Assembly: GCA_012295275.1 (NCBI GenBank) | Contig: CM022669.1 | Location: forward strand, 1,116,001-1,180,000 | Reading direction: 5' to 3' | From: Chrysomallon squamiferum | Taxonomy: Eukaryota; Animalia; Mollusca | Length of the DNA stretch: 64,000 bases | Shown: positions 1 through 13,056 of the stretch, piece after piece | Layout of the letters: every line of letters starts with the position of its first letter | Position numbering within the stretch: position 1 is the first letter of the stretch | Notes under the pieces: model-generated | What the model saw: only the letters and a program-made list of their open reading frames with translations | Told to the model about the DNA's origin: nothing | The model's database searches: none | Position numbers and translations under genes: made by a program

Positions 1-345
1 TTATGTTTTAACAAACTTTATCATGAAGACTGTTCGACCTTTCTGCATGTGTTTCGTGTTGTTGTTTAAAATCATTACATGAGACATTTTACTGATTGGT
101 TTTAATGCTGTTACATAATTTTCAATAAAATCTCTAAACGTAATGTTATCGATACAATAAATTAACTCACAAGCTCACATAAAGAAATTAAGCGTTTGTA
201 CTGAATTCATAATTATTTAGTTTTTCTAGGGGAAAAAAATAAGAATATAAAAACAAGAATAAGAAAAAAAAAAAAAAAAGGAAAACAAAATTCAACAACC
301 TACTTCCATGTAGCACTATAAATCATCATTAGATGTTTACAATTA

Positions 346-395
346 ATTTGCATATCTTATGACGTCAACCAATTTTACAAAATGGCTGCGGAAGT
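346..395. promoter_or_regulatory. Dense housekeeping-type promoter motif cluster (octamer, CRE, CCAAT, YY1, ETS)
   Basis: ATTTGCAT 346-353, TGACGTCA 360-367, CCAAT 369-373, AAAATGGCTGC (YY1-like) 379-389 and overlapping GCGGAAGT (ETS) 388-395, all within 50 bp of otherwise very AT-rich DNA. No linked coding exon identified. Confidence 0.5.
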
Positions 396-526
396 AAAAT
401 ACCGTATTTAAAAAATAATAATTATAATAAAAAATATGAACAAAAAAAGACCAATTGACGACAAATAATATTTTACTGGATATTGTTGGAAGTTATTTAT
501 AGAAGTATATTTTATTTTTATTTATT

Positions 527-577
<51 letters not shown>

Positions 578-1264
578 GATTCTATGCTAAAGGCAAAAGA
601 TGGATCTTAGGCCCTAAGTTAGAGGGGTAAAAAAGAAAACTAGAACTGTTCGCTACTGTTCACTACAATATTCAAAGCAGTAGCAAAATTTAGTACAGTA
701 ATGAAAATGTAATATAATATAACACATATGTATGTGGTTATTACATCTGTAAAGCAACGCATGCAGAATTAATATACACAAAAATAGGCGCGCGTGAACA
801 CCGACATGCATCCTAACATTCAGGAACACACACACACATATACACACAGGTGGAGACAAGCAAAATGTACAAAGAAAATGACAAAGACGAGAAGTAAAAT
901 ACATACAGCGTGCTGGATGTTCAGTTTACAGACAACAGATGTTTAGTTAAATGTGACAGGCTTACATAAACTTCTCTTTTTTATTTATTGTTTTTTAAAA
1001 TTTATGTATTCATATATTCGTGTGTGTGTGTGTGTGTGTGTCTACATACATACATATATATATACAAATATACAAACATATGTAATATATATGGACAAAT
1101 ACACACAGACACACACGCACACACAAACACATACAAACACACATGCAAGTCAGTGGTCCATAATCCATAGTCAGCAACACACATACCAAAAATTGTAAAT
1201 ATATCATAAATATAGTCACTCAATATTATAATCATGAATCATAACAGCAAACTGATTTTACATA

Positions 1265-1625
1265 TGATAAGTTTACTGTGTTTTAATAAGGTTATACCTG
1301 TGTACAATCATTGTCTTAATAAGTGTATGTGTTTACAATCCCTGTCTTAATATGTTTACATGTGTTTATTACAATTATTTATCTTAAGTTTACAGATGTT
1401 AACAATCACTGTCTTAGTATGTTTACAGATGTTTACAGTCACTGTCTTAATACATTTACAGATTATTGCAGTCACTGTCTTAATAAGTTTACAGATTATT
1501 ACAGTCACTGTCTTAATAAGTTTACATGTTTACAATTGTCTTAGTAAGTTTACATGTTTACAATCATTGTCTCTGTATTAATAGATGTTTTCAGTCACTG
1601 CCAGTAAGTTTAAAATGTTTTCAGT
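1265..1625. repeat. Degenerate minisatellite of about 28-34 bp
   Basis: Repeated TTTACAGATGTTTACAGTCACTGTCTTAATAAG-like units; explains ORFs 1323..1544 and 1360..1581. Confidence 0.8.
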
Positions 1626-3760
1626 CTCTTTGTTGTATCTCAGTACACTCGTGTTTCACTTAATGAATGGAACTACATGTATCTCACTTTTTATGCTGAG
1701 CTTGTTGTACAAATTCAGGTTATCTGATAAACATTTGTGAACAATTCTCATTTAAAACTCAGTTTGACATTGCGATAAAGACAACAGGTTTAGAAATCGG
1801 CAAAAAAAAAAAAAAAAATTATATATTTGCTTTCTGAATTTGCACCAACTTTTTATTCTCCTTTTTATTCACATGTAAACATATTAAGACAGTGATTGAA
1901 AGCACATAAACTTATTAAGACAATAATTGTAAACAGCTTTAAACTTATTAAAACACAGATTATAAACATATGTAAACTTATCATATGTAAAATCAGGAGC
2001 ATCAGTCAGGTAACATGTCTGTCAACTAATTAATTATTTGCTAACAGGTTCTCTGTAGACACAAAGACTAATTCAGTTTAACAAATACTTCATTAGTAAC
2101 AATGAATTTTCAGTGGAACAAATAGTAAACAATTCACAACACAGTTATTCAAGGTCAGCTAGCCGTCAGTTTAAAGCTTTTATTTGATTTCTGTATCATG
2201 GTGACAGTTTATCATTTTATATCATGTTTGTTTAATTTTTTCATCTGTAAAAGAAATTACAGCCATGCAAACATCACTGTAAAGTGTAATTTAAATTACC
2301 TAAAGGTTTACATTAATGTGTCATGACTGAGAACTAATTCATTTTACTATTGCTACGAGGAAAAGTGTCTGTCATTTAACACATTTTGTTATATAATATT
2401 TTATCTGTGTAATTATTTCTTTCTGTATAGTATTTGCTTGCCATGAAAGGTAAAAAAGTATAAAAAAAATTAACCTCAAAAATAAAAAAAACATTAACAT
2501 AATAATGATAAAAAATATAAATAAGTAGAAAGAAAAAAATAGTAATTAATGAAAATAAAAATAAAATAAAAAATAAATAAAAATTAAAAAAAAATAATAA
2601 AAGAAAATAATAAATAAATTTTTTATTTAAAAATAAAATAAATAAAAATAATAATAGAAATTAAATAAAAAATAAAATATGTAAGTTATATTTTTTTATG
2701 TAATGGATACCATTGACTTGACCTCTGCTATAATTGTATGCAGTTTTTATTTTTCTAACACAATGTAACGTGTAGGTAACATCAAATTTTTATTTTGTGC
2801 TTGTCTCTGCTGGAGCAGTTAGTACTAATCTCTGTTTAAAAGAATTCTTAGTTGTGGATGTAAATAAAATTATAGGTCAACTGGTACTATAGAAATATTA
2901 TTTACCTGAAATTTGTTATTTTAAATTTGAATGTCACATTAAAAATACGATCAGTTACACATTCAAATTATTCAATTTAAAATTTTTGATTATACGATAA
3001 TGTACATTTCTTATTTGCTTGAATTGTTTTAGATTAATATAAAAATAAAACAAATGTTTGTTTTTTTATATGATTTGATTGTTTTATATTGTTTAACTAT
3101 TTTAATGAAAAGTAAACATTAAAAATGTGTGGTTGTGAAAGTAAATTACACAGTTATTTTGCAAGCTAAATTATGAACCAGATAACTGCAGAACTTGTTA
3201 TCACTCTCTGTCAATGACTGCAGTTGTTGACCTATTTGGGGCACTTGTATTTTTCTGAAATGGCCACACAGTTTTGACAGTTTGGAGCGAGAACTGGAAA
3301 ATGGCAAACTTTTCTAACAACAATTATGTTTCTTCTTCATTATCAGATTTACACGAGTTAGCAAAGTCCAGTGTAAAACAGAGTTTGTGTGTGATGTGAG
3401 CACAAACAAGCAGATATCAGTTTTACAGACGGGAAGAATCCCTGAGCTTACAATAAAACTTCAGCTGTTCAACATAGAAAATAATGAGAATTGATTGATG
3501 ACATCTGAACATCAATAGTGAACATATGTTCATTTTATAAAAACACTCACAAAATGGGATTTTTTTATTATTATTTTAAATCAATCAATAAATAAAAAAT
3601 TAAAAAAAAAAATTGCTGCATTCAGGTCAAAGCTAACAATAGACTAATAAAAACAGTGACAATAAAAAAGCAAGTAAAGAAAGTTTTACTGTGTATGAAA
3701 TGTGTGTCAATGTTTGTATGTAGGTGTGTTTGTGTATGTAATTATGCATGTATGTAGAAA

Positions 3761-3803
<43 letters not shown>

Positions 3804-5817
3804 TGTTTTACAACATCACAGTTAATGCAACAAAGTGATAACCTACCTTTATGCATTTATGATTTTTAAACTGTTTATTAATTAAAAAAAGAACAAATAG
3901 TTTTACTGGTGCTTTTTAAATTAAGTTCAAAGTAATATTTAACAGGTAAGTGAGAAAATGGAAGTATTTAAATATTTTCATAATATAAAAAAAGAAAAGA
4001 AAATCATACTGATAATTTAATAATAATTGTCCTCAATGATTTATTGTGCATTTATTTATTTACTATATATAACTCACAGTTACATATTTATTTTTACTAT
4101 TTCATACAAAATTATCATTCATACTGACCGATGAAGAATAAAGTAACAAATAAACATATTATACTAATATATAACAGCTGTTACCTCAGCCAAACATAAC
4201 CTTCTTTTTTATAATTATATTAATGTTTGTTTTGTATTAAGGGGACCTATTAGACAAAATGACAAAATTTGAATAAACCAAATAGTTTTTTTAGTTTTTA
4301 ACACTACCATTTAGAAAATATATATAAAAATGTTGTTTTTTTTCAGGTAGTTTTTTGCAAAAGGAAGTACATATACACAGATAACACAGTAATAATGCAT
4401 AACATCAACCCTACAGATGTAATAAGTGGAAATATGGTTTATAAAATGTACGACATATCATATTTTGTACTATCCTAACATTTTTGGCAAGATGCTGAAT
4501 GAAAACTATTTGTGCTAGATTTCAAATTTGGAATATATATATATAAACAAAATAACAGAAAGTAAATCCTGGAATTTTAAAAAACAATTTTATATAATGT
4601 TTATATAAATTTTCTCTTGTTTCAAAATAAGAATGAAAAACATATATATATATATATTTTTTATTACTATATATTTTGAAGTATGTAAATAGAGATCAAT
4701 TTCTTTCTGTTATTTTGTAGAAAGATACGTCTGATGAACACAAATGGTTTGGATATATATATATATAAAAATTTGGGTTAGAGATGTTAATAAACTGGGA
4801 TACTAAAACATTAAAAAATCCAAACATAAAAGGAACTATATGTCATAAAAATAAACTAGTATTAGTTTTTTGATGTAACAAAGGGGGTTATTTTCACCCA
4901 TTTTTAATTTTGTAACATAATAAATAAGGATTTTTTATTTTTTCCACATGACTCCTTAACACAAACAGACACATGCACACAAAGATGTATTTGATTAATA
5001 TGACTGATATGACATATTCATGAGCAATCAAATCAGGATTTATCCACCTTTAAACTGTTAATGTTAATAATATAATATAGCCTACTTTTGTTGTTTAGGT
5101 ATTATAAAAATTTGTATTTTTTTTTCTTACTTTAAATAGAATAAATAAATAAATAATTACTAAATCACATCTTATCTGAAACTGCTATATAAATATTTTA
5201 TTTATTTATTTCCACCTTTGTTTTTACTAAAACGTTACTGAAAATGAAATGAGCATAGTTCAGGAATGTATTTCTAAAAATAATAAAGTACTGTGTCCAA
5301 ACGTATTGTTAAATATATTAGATAAATTATAATAATATTAAAACATTTTAAAAATAACTTGCTTTTATTTTGTATGTCAATTTCAAATTAATCTTACTAA
5401 AACACTTTTTTTAACAGTTCGAAATTACTAAGTTCGTGCGAATAACAAATTGACATGTTCACTGTAATAATATTTCTTTATTATTTCTATTAATAATCCT
5501 TTGTTTGTCCAGCATTGTGTTGTTTTTATGTCAATTCACAGATGCATGTAAATACCAGATATTATGGGGGTTTTGTGCTTTGAAACTCTGGTTGTAGAGC
5601 AACCTCCAGATATAAACTCGAACATATTGACTACACCGGAAAGTGAAAAAGCAAGATTTAAGGGAAATAACTCTTACCGAAAAATGTTCTTACTTTCTTT
5701 TCAAAAAGATAAAATAATCATCATTTCCGTTTATATTATTATTATTATTTTTTTTTAGCTTGGCGAGAAACATGGATAGTTTATTTTTCTTTTAAATTAA
5801 TTTTTAAATTTGCTAAG

Positions 5818-5877
5818 ATGTCATCTGAAGATAGAGCTAAGCGTTACGAGAAAATAGAATTTTTAGGCGAAGGACAG
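5818..5877 (+). CDS. CDK7: CDK7 (CAK/TFIIH kinase) coding exon 1
   Basis: MSSEDRAKRYEKIEFLGEGQ followed by GT donor at 5878; start of the Gly-rich loop GEGQFA characteristic of CDK7. Confidence 0.95.
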
Positions 5878-6232
5878 GTAAACATTTTTTTTTTTTTTTA
5901 ATTTAATTTAATTTATTTATTAATTATTATTATTTTAACAAGTGAATGAATGAATGAAATTATGAAAGAACCATTTAAATAATAAAATATTAATTTTAAT
6001 AAATAACAAATATATATTTTTCTTCTGTACCTGTACACCTACGTAACGTAGTCACTTAGTGGTACTTACAGTGATTTAAATTGTTCTGGTTTTTAACTTA
6101 CTTCAGTTATTTTTATTGTCACACGTTTTATTTGACAACACCAGATTATGAAATTCCGAACATTAATAAATGAATGAGTTGTTACACAGATGATAGAACG
6201 CTGGTACTGACAGAGTGTACTGAGTTCTTTGA

Positions 6233-6284
<52 letters not shown>

Positions 6285-6403
6285 TATTATTTAATAATTA
6301 GTTACCTAGTTGCAGATTAAAGGTATTTCTCCAGCCTGTTGCTTGATGACAAACATTTCTATGATGTCTTTTTTTTTTTTTTTTTTTTTTTTTTTTATTG
6401 TAG

Positions 6404-6463
6404 TTTGCCACAGTTTATAAAGCAAGAGATAGAAAATTAGACAGAATAGTTGCAGTGAAAAAG
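6404..6463 (+). CDS. CDK7: CDK7 exon 2
   Basis: Poly-T tract plus TAG acceptor; FATVYKARDRKLDRIVAVKK with the VAVK catalytic Lys; GT donor at 6464. Confidence 0.95.
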
Positions 6464-7077
6464 GTTGGTTTCACAAATAATCTCTGACAAAGCATGTTCC
6501 AAGAATTTATATTTAAATATTATTATTAATTAATTAATATATTGTTTTGTTTATATTTTCACTTATTATAAACTGTCAAAAGAGGCAGATGTCAGTCAAA
6601 TTGTATTTTTAATTATTATTATGATTATTATTATTATTATTATTGCACTTTTTTGTATCATTAGTTTGTATTTATAATTTGTTTTGAACAATGAGGACTT
6701 TAAAGCAGCATTTCCAGACATATTTGTTTTTTGTTTATAAACTCTACTGTTATATGGATACCACTCTGTGAACCATAAAATTTAATAAAATATGATTCAT
6801 TATTCTAAAAGAAATACAAGCTGTTGACTACATATACATTTACTAAGTTTATATTTGGAAAATCTACAAAATAAAACTTTTTGAAAGTGAAAATAGAAGG
6901 AACATTTAATGATTGTAGATGATCAATATTTGTAATTTTATGGAAAGTAATTGCATAAAAACGTCTTTAAGTTCTCAAGTATTTACATTCATTGCTGTGT
7001 TATTGAAAACTGTAGTTAATTTTTGGGAAAATAAATATTCAGACAGATGCAAAAATAACATTTTTGTTTCTGTGTAG

Positions 7078-7179
7078 ATAAAAGTAGGGACACGAGCGGA
7101 AGCTGCTGATGGAATCAACCGAACTGCTCTTAGAGAAATCAAACTTCTACAGGAACTGAGTCACAAGAACATCATTGGG
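7078..7179 (+). CDS. CDK7: CDK7 exon 3
   Basis: [41 protein letters not shown] is the CDK7-diagnostic PSTAIRE-equivalent helix. Confidence 0.97.
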
Positions 7180-7467
7180 GTATCAGATTAATATTTAGTA
7201 ACAGACAAGAAGAAAACTGATAAGAGACTAATCTAAATGTCTTCGATTTTGGTACATCTAGAGAGAGAGTTAGTGAGGGAGAGAGAAAGAGAAATAATTA
7301 TGCTTTTATTTAATTGATATCTAGTGATTTAAATACACTGACTGAAGATGTTGATTTACTGTACTGATGCATGGAACTGGTAGACAGTAAACAACTTCTG
7401 CTGAGAGACAAATACAGGAGCTAGAACTGTCAGTATATTTCAAATGGTGTTTAATAAACAAAAATGA

Positions 7468-7578
<111 letters not shown>

Positions 7579-7861
7579 TAATTTGATTTCTTTTTCTCCT
7601 CCTTTCTTCTTTGATATCTCTATTTGTGCAGTTTTAAAACATCAGTTTGTCATGTACAAAAACTACACTTATTTCAAAATGATTATTTTCAATTTACATC
7701 TCTTTTTTAAACACACACACACACTTATTCTTAGCCTCTATATATTTGCAATGAGGAAAACAATTTGTAATTCTGTACTTTCATACTTTTGTGTTAGTAA
7801 AATAGTATGTGTATCGTGAAACGTGAGATTCTTTGCCTGTATTTGAAGTTTTGTGTTTCAG

Positions 7862-7972
7862 ATAATAATAAAAGACACAATGACGGTGTTGACCACGGCT
7901 CACATCAAGTCGTATCTGCTACAAACTCTGCTTGGGCTGGAGTATCTTCATTCACACTGGATACTACACAGG
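7862..7972 (+). CDS. CDK7: CDK7 exon 5
   Basis: [41 protein letters not shown] bounded. Confidence 0.95.
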
Positions 7973-8271
7973 GTAACTCCAATTCGTTTTTCATTTTTTT
8001 TAAATTACAATTTCTCAGAAAACACAAAATATAAGTTTTAACACGATCAGCGTTTGTTTATTTTATCTTTACATATGATGAACTTGAAGTTGTAACATTT
8101 TATATTTAACAGGTAAATACATATACTCACATACATATAAAAAGATATGCACAGACACACAAACATACACACAGATGTACACATATGACAGACAAACATA
8201 CAGATACACACACACACACACAAAGAGATGAACAGTTTTTCAAACAATGCATGTTTTTGTTTACTTTGCAG

Positions 8272-8390
8272 GATATGAAACCAAATAACTTGCTCATCAA
8301 TGACCAAGGAGTCCTCAAAATTGGAGACTTTGGTCTTGCTAAATTCTTTGGCTCACCAAGCAGGCCATACTCTCATCAAGTAGTAACAAG
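8272..8390 (+). CDS. CDK7: CDK7 exon 6 (catalytic loop, DFG, T-loop)
   Basis: [39 protein letters not shown](R); phase-2 donor at 8391. Confidence 0.97.
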
Positions 8391-8780
8391 GTGAAAAAAC
8401 GTTTTAACAGCAGGATATTTTTTCTGATCTTGTTACATGTATGAATGTCATTGTTCTGCAGATACTATGGAGATATGTAATTAAACTGTTTCAGCTGTTT
8501 TCCTAATATAATGTGAAACTACAACAAACCAAAGCTAAGTAAGTGTTTGAAAAAACAGATAAAAAAGAACTGAGCAAATCATTAAACTGAATCAGTAAAA
8601 ATAAGATAAAGTATAACTAATCAACACGAAGTGTTTGCTGCATGAAAACTGACAAAATGTTTCTCACATGGTTTATACTTCACCATAATCAAAACTCATT
8701 TCTACATGCTTCAACTCTGCTGTAGTAAAACAAATGTTTATTATCTAAAACTTTGATGAGATGTTTTGTGAACTATTTAA

Positions 8781-9008
<228 letters not shown>

Positions 9009-9476
9009 TAGTTGATTTATTTTGGAACCTGCATGGCAGATGAGAATGAAGTCACAAACCTGCTTTAGCTAGTACTCAAAAAATATTTGTTATTTTGATC
9101 ATAAAAAGTGCTTACTTATCTAATGATTATCAATGGAAGAAATAATAATCATGAATTTATGTTAGAGATGTTTTAGAAGGAAGATATTTAACTAGATATA
9201 TCGTTACAGCCTCACAAGCTGTAGATACAGGAGTGTTATCAGAATGACATAATAAATATAAATATTTTCATAACAAAGTAACTGAGCATTAATCACAGAT
9301 TTGATGTGCAGAGTCATGTCTTCAAACTTTCCTTATATTGTTTTGTCTGGTTTTTGTAAAAGCATTTACTGTGTCTGTCAGAGGTTTAGTTTTTAATGTA
9401 ACATAAAGAAATAAGTGTAACATCTTCCCTGACTGGCTGTTTTATTCTTAGTTAGTTTTTTTATTATTATTATTAT

Positions 9477-9516
<40 letters not shown>

Positions 9517-9587
9517 GGTGCTGAGGCAAAGACAAAGTTGAAATCAACACAAATGTTGACTATGATAAAGATTTCTCTTTTTTCCAG

Positions 9588-9674
9588 GTTCCTCTTCTTC
9601 CAGGAGACTCTGATCTTGATCAGCTAAGTAGAATTTTCCAGGTTCTTGGCACACCAACAGAGAAAGATTGGCCA
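9588..9674 (+). CDS. CDK7: CDK7 exon 8
   Basis: [29 protein letters not shown], containing the GDSDLDQL motif. Confidence 0.95.
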
Positions 9675-9827
9675 GTACGTATTTTTAACAAATGTTAAAA
9701 ATTGCTGTCACAATGTCACCCAAACCAAACATTTTAGGATAATATTTTTGTTTTACTCCATTTATTTATTTAATTAAAAAAAAAAAGCCCATTTCCAAAC
9801 GTATTTTATTTATGTTATTTTAACCAG

Positions 9828-9977
9828 GATATGAAGTATCTGCCAGACTACATTGCTTTTAAAAGTTACCCTGGTCAGCCATTAAGTGAGATTTTTATTG
9901 CTGCCAATGACGACCTCATTGAACTGATGGAAAAACTCCTGTCCATGGATCCGCTAAAACGATGCACAGCAACAGAG
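9828..9977 (+). CDS. CDK7: CDK7 exon 9
   Basis: DMKYLPDYIAFKSYPGQPLSEIFIAANDDLIELMEKLLSMDPLKRCTATE; 150 nt, AG/GT bounded. Confidence 0.94.
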
Positions 9978-10632
9978 GTTTGTCACACTTCCAGTCTGAT
10001 TTAGATCTTATTGTTTGTCAAAAACATCAGTTACAGTGGTTTCAACAAATCTTCATTTAAGTCAGTTATTTGAAACTGGATGATGCAGTTTTATCATTCA
10101 ACTAATTAATTTGATCTTTCTATTTTTCTTCTGTTGATAATTTTTGTTCTATTATTTATTATTTGTTGAGCATATTTTTATTCATTATTTCCCAGTGTTG
10201 AATTACACACACAGCACATGAACACAGTGATATTAAAAGATGTGTCGTGGTTATTCATGAATTGTGTGTGTACATACATATACATGGTACATGTACTTGT
10301 CAATGTATTTGGGTTGAGCTGTTTCTAAATTTTATTTACAGAAATGACAAAGCCAGTAGCAGAATTTGACAACTGAATTAATGATGTCATTAAAGTGTAA
10401 ATTTGTGAATTAATGTTTAAATTAAGGTGCCTGCACAAGAAATATTAATGAATAATGTATGACATGTAAAATAAAGCAAGAATAACATTAAATTAAATAA
10501 CATTTAGAATTATATAAAAATTACATCTGCATAAAGTAAAACAGAAAGAATAGAACTAATTTGTAAACCAAGAATGAAGTTAGGGGGAAAAAAAAAAACA
10601 GCTTTTTTGATACATGACTAACTTTTCTGCAG

Positions 10633-10774
10633 GCTCTTCAGATGTCATTCTTCAGTAACAAACCACCCCCCACCCCAGGGGACAAACTGCCCCGACCCGG
10701 GTCTAACAAGATTTCTAGTGATCAAGAATTTAAAAAAGCTGGAATGAAGAGAAAACAGCAACAAGTAGATCAAG
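10633..10774 (+). CDS. CDK7: CDK7 exon 10
   Basis: ALQMSFFSNKPPPTPGDKLPRPGSNKISSDQEFKKAGMKRKQQQVDQ(G); matches the CDK7 YFSNRPGPTPGxxLPRP region and KRK NLS-like motif; phase 1. Confidence 0.93.
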
Positions 10775-10950
10775 GTAAAAATAAATATTTTATTTGTTTG
10801 TTTCTTAATTTCTTTCTTTCTTTAATTATTTCTTTATGTTATTTATTTCCACACAGTAGAAAAAAAATAATGATAATACATTAATAACAATTATTTATTA
10901 TCTTTATTGGTGGTATTATTGTTATTGTTATTTGTGAATATCTTTTTCAG

Positions 10951-10979
10951 GAGGACTTGCCAAGAAATTAGTATTTTGA
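10951..10979 (+). CDS. CDK7: CDK7 terminal coding exon 11
   Basis: (G)GLAKKLVF-stop, compared with human GGLPKKLIF. Spliced CDS totals 1029 nt, 342 aa. Confidence 0.93.
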
Positions 10980-11975
10980 TGAAAATGTTCTTAGGATTAA
11001 AATTATTCAGAACTATGTTGGAAAAGGTTAGCATAAATATGCACGTTTAAAATCAAGGGAAATAACTCCAAGTGACAGTATGTGCAAGGAAGTGAGTGGA
11101 GGTTCTGCAGATCACAAACTAGTAGAAAACTGCAAGAAGAGAATTGTACAGATCTGAAAATCAGCAGTGTTAATTTCATTGAGGGAAAATACAGAGATAA
11201 TGTTATTGATTCTGAAGTTTTAAAATGTGAAAATTACACTTAGTAAGAATTATTAATAATTCATTAATAATGCATTCATACAAAGCATTTTCTGTTTTTT
11301 TTCTTTATTTTATTTTTTTAAATACAATTTTGAAATGGAAGATGATCACTTCCGCCATGTTTTTTGTTTTTTTTGTTTTTTTTACTGTTTTGTTGGAATG
11401 AAACAAATATGAAAATGGATAATTTCTTATTTCTTAAGTTTTTAATGTTAATTTTTAATTCTCAGTTTTGAGACAGGTAAAGAAACAGACAGTCGACAGA
11501 GGACACATTATAGTAATAGCTGAGAACTGAAGTTAGGTTCTATCAACTGAAAAATGACTGCAACTTACAGCTTCAGTGTAGAAAAGTAAAAAAAAATTGA
11601 TATGTGTATGCAAGTCTTTCGATCAAAAGTGTAATTTCTATAATGAAAACCAGGTCCATCAGTATTTCTGAGTGTTTTCTGTAAACTTGTGTAAACAAAT
11701 AAAGTAATTTCATTATTATTATTATTATTCTGTTTGTAAAATAGAATTTCTAACAAATGAGTGTTAGGGTTAAACTGACATGTGTCTAAAAGGTTTGAAA
11801 TAAATAATTTTATAATTTATTTATTTATTTTTTTATTAATTATAGGAATTCATGACTTTAGGAACATCATTAAGTGCATTGTGCATAGTAAGATTAGTGT
11901 CAAAATAATATTTCAAAAATTATTAAATGAATAATTATAATTGCAAACAGAAATAAAAATAAAAACTGAGACAGG

Positions 11976-12199
11976 CAGGGCCTGTGAGAGGGAGGGGTCC
12001 AGCTGGTACTTTGTTCTGGGCCCCACAGCCACCATGCAACATCCACCCCCCTTCAAGAACAAGCACTTTCTACTACCCTCAGCATTTTACCTCTGATCAT
12101 GGAAGTAAAGCATTTATGAAACTTTACATTAGATCTGCTGGACTTAAAACCCTCAAAGGGTCATGTACCTCCTTGAAAAAATTTCTCTTGGAGGCCCTA
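11976..12199. mobile_element. Decayed non-autonomous hAT-like MITE (about 224 bp)
   Basis: GC-rich island with imperfect terminal inverted repeats (CAGGGCCTGTGAGAG ... CTCTTGGAGGCCCTA). The flanking 8-mers GAGACAGG (11968-11975) and GAAACAGT (12200-12207) match at 6/8, consistent with an aged 8-bp TSD. Confidence 0.55.
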
Positions 12200-13056
12200 G
12201 AAACAGTATGAACTTTTGCGATGTAAACTCCATTTTGTAAATATAAAATGAAAATAACTACATTTGTGTATTATTGTTATTTGTGACAATAAAAAAATGT
12301 TATTTTGTTAGTGATGTTGTGTTAATTCAGTGTTAATATGCCACTATTTTCTCACATGCAGATCAAAATAATAATAGACAGACAGACAGACAGAAGTGTA
12401 TGTACACGTAAATGGTGATCAGCTTTATCCTGTTTACATTTTTAATCATACAAGTCAAAATTAAGATTTCTCTTTGAGATGGAGGAATTTTGGGGTTATT
12501 TTTGAGTAATGTGTTCATGAAATGAATTGAGAAAATCTTCTTAATTGGACTATACTGTCAAAAATATGGGCCATCATGAAAAAGGGATGCACAGTTGGAA
12601 TTTGCATGAAACAACATAAAAATATCTTGTAGACAAAACATTGCATTATATGGATTTGGTGGTTTCTTAGATAATGACTGGCCTATCGAAATATTGAATG
12701 CCATTTTTATCTTTTTTTTAATTTTATTTTTAAATTCCATGAAAAATGTTAATATGTTTTTATCAGAATTTGAACTTCTTTTTTATTATTATTATTATTA
12801 TTTATTTTAAATTTTTTTTTGTCTGTTTCCCATCACCACAAAATATTGTAGAACAACAAAATACAACAATTTTGAAATTTTATAATCAACGAATAATATT
12901 TTTCCTTCGAATTAAGACTAGCTTGTTGGTGCTTTTGTCGGAAGTTTGAAGCTAATTGTTTCATTTATTTACACCTACATGACTCAAATCAGACTATAGC
13001 TATCAGATCCACTTTATACATTTCTAAACAAGTGTCCGGTGACAGATATTTTCAGC

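Noticed and set aside
3232-3292. Minus-strand peptide LAPNCQNCVAISEKYKCPK resembling a zf-HIT start
   Set aside because: A stop codon follows immediately where the next Cys is needed, there is no compatible donor, and no other exons were found. Likely chance.
11763-11772. TTAGGGTTA telomere-like seeds, also near 29435
   Set aside because: Only about 1.5 units each, as expected by chance.
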